The translations under genes and the position numbers were made by a program. DNA of 64,000 nt, from the IMG/VR virus record IMGVR_UViG_3300012910_000003, positions 1 to 64,000 of that record. One strand, 5' to 3'. This DNA comes from a virus (taxonomy: Duplodnaviria; Caudoviricetes). Of this stretch, positions 55,945 to 64,000 are shown one piece after another; within the stretch, counting starts at the first letter, position 1, and the number at the start of each line of letters is the position of its first letter. The notes under the pieces are model-generated. The model worked only from the letters and a program-made list of their open reading frames with translations, was not told where the DNA came from and ran no database searches.

Positions 55945-58900
55945 TGGCTGATTATAATGAATTATTACAAAGAGTATTAAGTAGTTCTCAACAAGCTAAA
56001 GAAGAAACTATAGGGCAAAATGTTGAGTCTTTTGGTAAATTAGATTCTCAATATCAACCTACTAGTAGAACTACTGATCCTAATGAGTTTGCTGCTTTAA
56101 ATCAAACTGGTTTAGATAAGACAGGTAATATTATTGGTAGAGGTTTAAATACTTTTGTAGGTGGTGTATTAGGTACTGTAAGTTTACTTCATGATATACC
56201 AGCTAGTGTGTTTACTTCTTTAACAGGAGATAAATCTAAAGGTGATAATCAAGGTTGGGATTATTTTATGAATGATTCTTGGGGTGCTAATGTAGCTAAA
56301 TTACAAGAAGATATTAATAAAGAAGTTCCTTTATATCAAACTTATAAAGATTCTCAAACTCCTTTTACTTTACAAAATGTAGCAGATGGATTTACTCAAG
56401 GATTAGCTTTTATAGGAAGTGCTTATGTAGGTGGTGGAATTACTGGTAAAATATTAAATCAAGCTGCTAAAGTAAGTAGATTAACTAGTATAGGTAAACT
56501 TAATCTTGTTAATCCTAATAAGTTAGCTAGTTTAGGTTTGGATAATAAAGTAGCAGGAATATTAACTAATTATATAGATAAGTCTAAAACTATTGGAGGT
56601 GCTGTATATAATAGAGCATTTGAATCTACTTTAGAGGCTAAAGGTACTGGACAAGAGTTAAGAGGTAATTTAGAGGCTGAAAATGAAGATTATTATAATC
56701 AAACTGGTACTTATAAATATAGTGAGGATGATATAGATAATAGAGTTAGACAAGCTGAAAAACTTAACTTTGGGTTTAATTTAGCTTTAGGTTTAGTAGA
56801 TGCTTATCAAAATGTTAAATTATTTAAAGGATTTAATACTGATATTACTAAAGCAGCTTCTGGTAAAATAGATAATGCTATAGAAGAAATGATAGCTAGT
56901 AAATCATTACTATCTAAAGGTATAGGTTATACTGCTAAAGTTGGTAGAAAAGCTGGTGCTTTAACTAGTACTGGTTTAGCTGAAGCTGGTGAAGAATTAG
57001 CTCAATATAGTTCTAATAAATTATCTCAAGATTTAGCTACTAATAATTATACTAAAGATGATTGGGATAATTTCCCTAATCTACTTAAGAATATAGTAGG
57101 TAAAATGGGTGAAGATATTATTAATGATCCTAATGCTCAATTTAGTGCTTTAATAGGTGGATTAGTAGGTGCTCCTATGGGGTTAATAGCTAACCAAGCT
57201 GAAGCTAAAAGAGAAGAATTAATACAAGCTCAAAAACAAGTGGCTAAACAATCTTTAATAGAAAAAACTACTTTAGCTGGTTTATATAAAATAAAACATG
57301 CTCAAGATACTAAAACTAAAGTAGAAGGTGAGATACAAGTTAGATTTGCTAATGATAAGGGTTTTCAACAAACTGTATTAGATCAATTAGATGGGGATAA
57401 TTTTGATGGGTTAATTACTGATTTAGAATCTAAAAAAGAAACTACTAATGATGAATTAAAAACATTAGGTATACAACCTAGATATAATCCTATTACAGGT
57501 CAAGAAATTAAACCTTCTGAAACTATTAATGAGGCTATAGAGTCAGCTAAAAAGATTAGAAATATTCATCAAAATGTTAATTTAAACTTTGCTAAACAAT
57601 CTTCTGATATAAGAAGAAATATAACTTCTATTATATCTGATAGTGAGTATTTTGATAAAAAGATTAATATAGTTCAAGATAATATAGTAAATACTATCAA
57701 TAAGTATATTACTAACCCTAATATCCTACCTAAGATATTAGAAACTAATCCTGACTTATTGAGTAAACCTATATTAGATCATTTAGGTGAATATGTTAAT
57801 ACTATAGAGAAGTCTCTATCAAAAAGTAATTTATCTTTTGCTAATATTGATATACAAGATAAAGACTTAATTGAAAAGCATTTAGAAGAATTATCTCAAC
57901 TTAAAAAACATAAAGAAGATACTATTAATCTTTACAATAAGTATAAGGATCAAACTTTTATAGATAAGCAAGAAGCTAAGATTCAGAAGAATATTGAAGC
58001 TTTAGAAAACCCTAAAGAAGAAACAGTTATTATTTCTCAAGAAGCTAATATAAGCCCTTCTGAAACATTATCTCCTGAAGTTAAACCTACTACTCCAACT
58101 AAGACTAAACCTGTTGAAATAGATGATATAGATAGTTTATTTGATTCTATAAGCACAAGTGAGAAGTTTGAGGGTTCTGATGAAGGGTTTATTAAAAATG
58201 TAGAAGATATAGGAGAAGATATTTCCTTTGATCAAAATGACTTATTTAGTGGTATTACTCCTGTAGATATAAAACCAGAAGATTTAATAGCTACTGATAT
58301 AGCAGATAAACCTATTACTGAAACTAAAGAATCTAGAAAGTTATCTACTTTTACTGAAGAGGCTACTGATAATGATAAGTTTAATTATGAGCAGTATACT
58401 TCTATTAAAGATTCTAAAGGTAATATCTATAAAGAGCCTAACTTTGAAGAATTACAGAAAGTACAAAAAGATGATATATTGACTATTAAAGGATTAGTAG
58501 CTAATACAGTTGCTAAAACTAATTATGGTTTATTAGGTATATTTAAAGGAGATACTTGGTTATCTACTATTAGAATCACTCAAGGAACTAATCAAGAAGC
58601 TACTAATGAATCTAAAAAGATTTATAAGGAAGTATTCAATACTGATAATGTTGTATTAGGAGATAATAAACCTGTTAAAGAATTTACTTTTAAATCACCT
58701 TATATATCCCTTAGAGAAATTAATGTTGGTACTGATCTTATTGACTTGGATAACTTAGAAGCTGATTCTGCTCTTTCTAAAAAGATAATAAAAGAAAATA
58801 ATATACCAACTATTATTAGGGTTAAATCACCTAAAGAAGCCACTACACCAGTTGTAGTTTTAGGTAATAAAGAAATACCTACAACAGATATATACTTTGG

Positions 58901-60065
58901 TAATTTAACTTCTGGTGATACTTATGTATTAAGTGAAAAAGCTAATTCTACAGAAGGTAATAAGTACATTGCTTTGCCTCTTAGTATTAAAACATTAGGT
59001 GAAACTTCTATAGGTAAAGAATTATTAACTTCTATAGATCAGTTAAAAATAGATATAAATAATATTAAATCTACTGATAAAGATTCTGAAGCTAAAAGAA
59101 ATGAAGCATTTAATAAATGGTTAGAAACTAGATCTTATATAAGTAGTTTAATTAAAATAGTTAACTCTGATAAAGATTCTATTGGTAAATCAGACAGAAT
59201 AGTTGATTTAAAAATGGATATTAACAATAATAAAGAAGTTCAAATATCTATTACTACTCAATATACAGAGAATAAAAAAACTGTTAAGAAAGAAGCTGTT
59301 GTTGATTTATTAAGCAAAGATGTTGATTCTCAGTTAGATAAGTTTAAATCTATATTATTAGATGTTAAACATTCTTTAAGTATTGAAGGATTTAATAACT
59401 TAAGCTTCTTGTCTCAAGAACAAGTATATAGTCAAGTTAAAGACTTTTTACAAACTAAAGTTAATCCTGATAAACCATTTAAAGGAACTAAAATAACTGT
59501 ACCCTACTTTGATGAATTAGAATCTAGTAAAGTAATTAAAGATCCTGAAATAATTCTTCAGAATAGTGTAAAAACTGTCAAACCTATAGAAAAACCTAGT
59601 TTAAAAAATCTTGATATTTGGGCTCAAAGAAATACTGACTTAGAATTATTACTTTTCACACCTACAGATATGTATGAAAAGTATACCACTCTTTACCCAA
59701 ATGAAGGGTTAGAAGATCCTTATAAGTATAAAAAAGCATCTAATGAGTTTTATAAAGCTGTAGATAATATAAGGAATAAGATTGATGAGTATTATATTAA
59801 ACAGGTAAATCAAAGGGAAACTACAACTAATAAATATTCTAATAGATCTTTTTCTAATAAAGTATTTGATGAAGTTAAGTTAAATAATATGATGGAAGGT
59901 AAATCTCCTAAAACTATTCAAGAAGTTGATAAGTTTAAAAGAGAGTTTCTTACTAAACTTAAAGCAGATAATACTAAATACAGTAATATGTTACCTCAGA
60001 TGCAAGTATTTTTAGAGGAATATATTAAATCTGATGGTAAGACTGAGTTAAAGAAACCTTGTTAA
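55944..60065 (+). CDS. large internal virion protein preceding the vRNAP
   Basis: ESxxEA and EAGEExxQ motifs, Gly-rich hydrophobic segments. Confidence 0.65.
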   Translation: MADYNELLQRVLSSSQQAKEETIGQNVESFGKLDSQYQPTSRTTDPNEFAALNQTGLDKTGNIIGRGLNTFVGGVLGTVSLLHDIPASVFTSLTGDKSKGDNQGWDYFMNDSWGANVAKLQEDINKEVPLYQTYKDSQTPFTLQNVADGFTQGLAFIGSAYVGGGITGKILNQAAKVSRLTSIGKLNLVNPNKLASLGLDNKVAGILTNYIDKSKTIGGAVYNRAFESTLEAKGTGQELRGNLEAENEDYYNQTGTYKYSEDDIDNRVRQAEKLNFGFNLALGLVDAYQNVKLFKGFNTDITKAASGKIDNAIEEMIASKSLLSKGIGYTAKVGRKAGALTSTGLAEAGEELAQYSSNKLSQDLATNNYTKDDWDNFPNLLKNIVGKMGEDIINDPNAQFSALIGGLVGAPMGLIANQAEAKREELIQAQKQVAKQSLIEKTTLAGLYKIKHAQDTKTKVEGEIQVRFANDKGFQQTVLDQLDGDNFDGLITDLESKKETTNDELKTLGIQPRYNPITGQEIKPSETINEAIESAKKIRNIHQNVNLNFAKQSSDIRRNITSIISDSEYFDKKINIVQDNIVNTINKYITNPNILPKILETNPDLLSKPILDHLGEYVNTIEKSLSKSNLSFANIDIQDKDLIEKHLEELSQLKKHKEDTINLYNKYKDQTFIDKQEAKIQKNIEALENPKEETVIISQEANISPSETLSPEVKPTTPTKTKPVEIDDIDSLFDSISTSEKFEGSDEGFIKNVEDIGEDISFDQNDLFSGITPVDIKPEDLIATDIADKPITETKESRKLSTFTEEATDNDKFNYEQYTSIKDSKGNIYKEPNFEELQKVQKDDILTIKGLVANTVAKTNYGLLGIFKGDTWLSTIRITQGTNQEATNESKKIYKEVFNTDNVVLGDNKPVKEFTFKSPYISLREINVGTDLIDLDNLEADSALSKKIIKENNIPTIIRVKSPKEATTPVVVLGNKEIPTTDIYFGNLTSGDTYVLSEKANSTEGNKYIALPLSIKTLGETSIGKELLTSIDQLKIDINNIKSTDKDSEAKRNEAFNKWLETRSYISSLIKIVNSDKDSIGKSDRIVDLKMDINNNKEVQISITTQYTENKKTVKKEAVVDLLSKDVDSQLDKFKSILLDVKHSLSIEGFNNLSFLSQEQVYSQVKDFLQTKVNPDKPFKGTKITVPYFDELESSKVIKDPEIILQNSVKTVKPIEKPSLKNLDIWAQRNTDLELLLFTPTDMYEKYTTLYPNEGLEDPYKYKKASNEFYKAVDNIRNKIDEYYIKQVNQRETTTNKYSNRSFSNKVFDEVKLNNMMEGKSPKTIQEVDKFKREFLTKLKADNTKYSNMLPQMQVFLEEYIKSDGKTELKKPC

Positions 60066-60099
60066 ATTTACTATATTTGTATAAAATAAGATATTAATA

Positions 60100-63000
60100 A
60101 TGAAACAACAAGATTGTTTATTACCTATAGGAGTAGATTTAAAGTGGTTAGAAGAAAAACTCCCACATATACCAGTTAATCTATTAGAAGATGTAGTAGA
60201 TCTTACCCATAAATATGGTAAAGAAGCTTTAGGTGTATTTACTAATGGAGTTATTGAATTAGCTAAGAATACACCTAAAGGTGTTGAGTATCATGAAGCA
60301 TTTCATGCTGTATTTAATAGTTATTTAAGTGAAGATCAAAGAAATAAAATTCTTAAAGATACTAAGAAATCAGAAGAACAATTAGCTGATGATTTTGCTG
60401 ATTATATTCTGTATAAAGTAAGACCTGAGTCTAACTTGTTAAATGATTTCTTTAAAAAGATTAAATTCTGGATTAAAGAAAAGTTAGGTCTTATTAATAT
60501 TTATGATCTTTATAGTGCTATAGATAATAGTTATTTTGCTAATAAACAACCTTTTACTTATAAAGGTAATCCTAAGTTTAAAGAAAATATAGATTATATC
60601 TCAGAAGCTAATAAGATAGAAATAGTTAAATCAGTTACTTATGATGTGTTAAATACTCTTATTAAAGAGAATAACTTATCTAATATATACTATTTAGATC
60701 TAGAAAATTATAAACCTTCTGATATAATAAGAGAGGTAAGAGACTGTTTACTAGCTTATAGTGAATCAGGTAATCCTATACTTGAAAGAATATCTAAAAG
60801 TAATAATCTAGTTAAATTAACTACTTTAACTCTTAGAGAGATTGAAAAGAATACTAATATATCTATAAAAGATATAGAAGATAATTCTGATTTATTAGCT
60901 GAAGAAGACTTTACACCAGAAATATGGGATCAATCTCCTTTTAAAAAAGATGTAAGTGATAAGTTTAGTACTGAATTTAGAATGTTTTTATCTACTATAC
61001 CTAAAGTAGAAGTATTAAATGGTGAAATAGTTCCCAGTTTAAATAATTTTGGTATAGAAACTTATATGGATAGAGGTATAGTTCAAGTTGAACTATACAA
61101 AGATTTATCTAATGTAAATGATGTTGATAAAATGGTTGATATTTTAAAATCTAAAATATCTGAAAAACCTTTTTACAAATATATAGTAGATGCTATAGAA
61201 GATACTAAAGATCAGAAGGTTATTGAAATTAATGATAAACAGTATACTACCAATAACTTTAAGAATCAACTATTCTCTAATCTTAATAATTACTTTAATA
61301 GATTTATAAGTAATAATACTGATTATATAACTGGTGATAATAAAACTCAATATATAAATACTAGATCTTATATAACTAATGATTCAGGTATTAATAATGA
61401 GATACTTAATCAATGGAGGAGTACTGTAAATAAAGAAGCTAATTTAGATGAGTTAATAAGTAAATATGGTGGTGAACTAGATAAGTTAACTGATAAAGGT
61501 ATTCAAGAATTATATGAGACTCTTAATAAAGACTTTAATATTGATATAGAGTTTGATACTATTTCTTTTTATAAAGATAAATCAAGTACTATAATATTAG
61601 GAGTTAAAGAGTTATTAGATAGTAATCAAGATCTTGGTAAGAATAGTAATGTAAGAAGATTAGCTACTAAAGATAGTGAGTATAAACAAGTTAATAATAC
61701 TACTATTACTAGAAAAGCTGGTGATAAATTATTTGTAGTAGGTAATTATACTCCTGCTAAAAAGTTAAGAGTTAATTTAACTAAACCTGATTTCTTAAAA
61801 AGTCTAAAATTAGATCCTTTATATAAGATAAATAGATTATTTGATCCTTCTACTCAAATATTTACTTTAGAGTCTGATAATATAACTGATGTAGATTCTG
61901 GTGATTCTAATTCTTTAGGTTATCAAGAGATGGAAGAAGTACAGTGGGAATTAAATAGACTCCATAGTTACTTTAATAATGAAGATTTAGGTAAAGATAG
62001 GTCTCAACAAATAGGTACAGTACCTTTTGTAACTCCTTCTGATGCTAGTAATATTGAAGTATTTAATATTCAGAAAAGAACTTGGATATTAAATGAAGCC
62101 CAATTAAAACAATATAAAATAACAGATAGATATTTACCTATTAAATCTCACTTGTTTGATTCAATTATATACCCTGAATTTGAGAGAATAAAGGCTGTTA
62201 GAGCTATTAATAATTATATTCAATACTTAGATCTGCAAATTAAAAATAGTAGCTCTGAAGAAGAAAAACAAGGTTATATAGATGAGAAAGTAAACTTAGA
62301 GATTAAAAACTGGAATAAGAATGGTCAATTCTTTATGATGTTTCCAGAGTTAAATACTATTCTTACAGATCAGTTATTAACTCTTGATAAAGAAAAACTT
62401 AAAGATGTAGTATACCCTATATTAGAACAATCTCTAAAAGAGTCTTTAACTATTGATTTTAACCATTTTAGTGATTTAGGTATAGTAACTGGTAAAGGAA
62501 GTACTTTATTATTTAATAGTCAGATAGTTGATAGTAATCTAAGTAAACTAGCTTTAGGTTCTGAAAATGGTAAATTATGGTTACTTAATTACTTTATGGA
62601 AAGGTATGTAGCCAATACTGAAGCTACTATGTTACAATGTGGTGATTTAGCTTTTTATAAATCAGCAGTTGATAAGAAAGGTAATATTGATATAAATCAG
62701 TTAATATCTTCTACCCATACAGATGCTAATAAAAGATCTAAACAAGCTCAAGTACCTTCTAGAAGTACTGTAGATGCTAATTATGATGTTATGTTTGTAG
62801 AGTCATTAACTGCTAAATCTGAGTATTTTGATGCTTATAAGAATATATTAGGGGATCTTTGTAATGATAAAACTTATGGAGGTATTGATAGAACTGATGC
62901 TGCTACTTTCTGTACTATAGAAAGAGCTATTCAAATATTTACTCTTAAAGGTAAAGATGGTGAGGAAGCTTTAAATGCTTTAAAAAGAATAGCAGAAGAT

Positions 63001-64000
63001 GGTGATATAACTAGTAAAGAAGATATTAACTTTGTTATTCAAGCTATTAAATCATTTAGTTTTGGACATTTACCTCAAACTTTAAATTATAAAGTACAAG
63101 ATATTAAAGGTAATTGGGTTAATAGTAGTTATTCTTTTAATAAACCTACACAAATAAAACATGCTGTAGTACCTTTAATTCCAGCTTTTACTAAGAATTA
63201 TCCTCAATTAGAACAACTAAGAACTAAAATGGAGAGTTCTAAAATAGGAGAATTTATATTTGATTCTGCTGTTAAAGCTGGTGCTACTAAAGTACATAGT
63301 CCTGAAGCTATACAAGATTGGATAAGTAAAGATAGTAAGATCTATCCTATTACTTTATCTATGGAGAATTGGGGAGAAGTATTAGATGTTCCTTATAAAG
63401 ATACTATAGAAGAAAAATTCTCTACTCAAAAGATGAGATTAGCTATGGTTAATGTTGAAGATAATTCTTCTTATAATGTTAACTGGTCAGATACTCCTAT
63501 AACTGGTGAAGAACTTAAAGATTACTATAATAATGCTATTTCAAATATTCTAAAAGAACAGTATAATACTTTTAAAGATAAGATATTTACTGAAGGTAAG
63601 TTAGATGTTAATAAACTAAAAGGTTACTTAAAGGATCTTATTACAGCTAATGACCCTAGTTCTTTTACTGATTACTGGGATAACCTATTTAAAGATCTCA
63701 CAGAGTATAATTTATATACTCTGGATACCCCACAAATTAAAGATAGGATTTATAGTCTAATAGCTGCCTCTTATAATAAGAGTGTGTTAGATATAAATAT
63801 TACAGGTAAATCTGCTGTATTAGCTAGTACTTATGGTATGTATGGTATTAATATAGCTGATATTAAGAATAATGTTGATTATTCTCTACATTCAGCTCAA
63901 TTATATGATGGTGCTAGTAATATTACTGATAAGGATTTGGTTCAAATACAAAGAGAATATAGTAGATTAGGTAAACAAGTACCTACTAATATTCAAGAAG
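60100..64000 (+). CDS. giant virion-packaged RNA polymerase with N-terminal zincin domain (partial, runs off window)
   Basis: Frame from ATG 60100, open wherever I spot-translated it; HEAFH (60292) plus EEQLA zincin; DxxKR, TDAA, SAVKxG, STQ motifs of crAss-like vRNAPs; TATATTTG at 60072-60079; catalytic DxDxD not reached. Confidence 0.8.
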   Translation, partial: MKQQDCLLPIGVDLKWLEEKLPHIPVNLLEDVVDLTHKYGKEALGVFTNGVIELAKNTPKGVEYHEAFHAVFNSYLSEDQRNKILKDTKKSEEQLADDFADYILYKVRPESNLLNDFFKKIKFWIKEKLGLINIYDLYSAIDNSYFANKQPFTYKGNPKFKENIDYISEANKIEIVKSVTYDVLNTLIKENNLSNIYYLDLENYKPSDIIREVRDCLLAYSESGNPILERISKSNNLVKLTTLTLREIEKNTNISIKDIEDNSDLLAEEDFTPEIWDQSPFKKDVSDKFSTEFRMFLSTIPKVEVLNGEIVPSLNNFGIETYMDRGIVQVELYKDLSNVNDVDKMVDILKSKISEKPFYKYIVDAIEDTKDQKVIEINDKQYTTNNFKNQLFSNLNNYFNRFISNNTDYITGDNKTQYINTRSYITNDSGINNEILNQWRSTVNKEANLDELISKYGGELDKLTDKGIQELYETLNKDFNIDIEFDTISFYKDKSSTIILGVKELLDSNQDLGKNSNVRRLATKDSEYKQVNNTTITRKAGDKLFVVGNYTPAKKLRVNLTKPDFLKSLKLDPLYKINRLFDPSTQIFTLESDNITDVDSGDSNSLGYQEMEEVQWELNRLHSYFNNEDLGKDRSQQIGTVPFVTPSDASNIEVFNIQKRTWILNEAQLKQYKITDRYLPIKSHLFDSIIYPEFERIKAVRAINNYIQYLDLQIKNSSSEEEKQGYIDEKVNLEIKNWNKNGQFFMMFPELNTILTDQLLTLDKEKLKDVVYPILEQSLKESLTIDFNHFSDLGIVTGKGSTLLFNSQIVDSNLSKLALGSENGKLWLLNYFMERYVANTEATMLQCGDLAFYKSAVDKKGNIDINQLISSTHTDANKRSKQAQVPSRSTVDANYDVMFVESLTAKSEYFDAYKNILGDLCNDKTYGGIDRTDAATFCTIERAIQIFTLKGKDGEEALNALKRIAEDGDITSKEDINFVIQAIKSFSFGHLPQTLNYKVQDIKGNWVNSSYSFNKPTQIKHAVVPLIPAFTKNYPQLEQLRTKMESSKIGEFIFDSAVKAGATKVHSPEAIQDWISKDSKIYPITLSMENWGEVLDVPYKDTIEEKFSTQKMRLAMVNVEDNSSYNVNWSDTPITGEELKDYYNNAISNILKEQYNTFKDKIFTEGKLDVNKLKGYLKDLITANDPSSFTDYWDNLFKDLTEYNLYTLDTPQIKDRIYSLIAASYNKSVLDINITGKSAVLASTYGMYGINIADIKNNVDYSLHSAQLYDGASNITDKDLVQIQREYSRLGKQVPTNIQE

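Overview
Very AT-rich segment of a crAss-like (Crassvirales-type) phage, most likely infecting an environmental Bacteroidota host. The host call rests on TAnnTTTG -7 promoter boxes and A-rich leaders without Shine-Dalgarno sequences; the standard genetic code is used. 1-26.7 kb is mostly minus-strand small accessory/early genes (two MazG-like NTP pyrophosphatases, two homing-type endonucleases, a 2OG-Fe(II) oxygenase-like protein, AP2 and putative SSB proteins, lipoproteins). Plus-strand fibre/esterase and lysis cassettes are interleaved among them. Around 25-26.9 kb lie a RepL-like gene and a strand switch that may mark the origin or genome terminus. 28.4-28.7 kb holds four tRNAs, and 29-31 kb is a minus-strand island with a Tad1-like anti-defence sponge and a ferritin-like protein. 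31.2-64 kb is the conserved crAss-like virion module: HNH, TerS, TerL, portal, scaffold, MCP, ring/tail proteins, muzzle, cargo proteins and the start of the giant zincin-fused virion RNA polymerase, which is missing from the ORF track. The most unusual signals are: a 185-nt tRNA-shaped RNA whose anticodon loop is replaced by a ~110-nt structured insert (21481-21665), a nearby second T-loop RNA with possible circularly permuted tRNA topology, start-codon-sequestering hairpins containing a promoter at both endonuclease genes, lysis-type genes embedded antisense in minus-strand operons, a signal-peptide-bearing fibre-like protein, and a T9 slippage tract at a tail-fibre domain boundary. All functional calls come from motif recognition by eye; no searches or folding programs were run.
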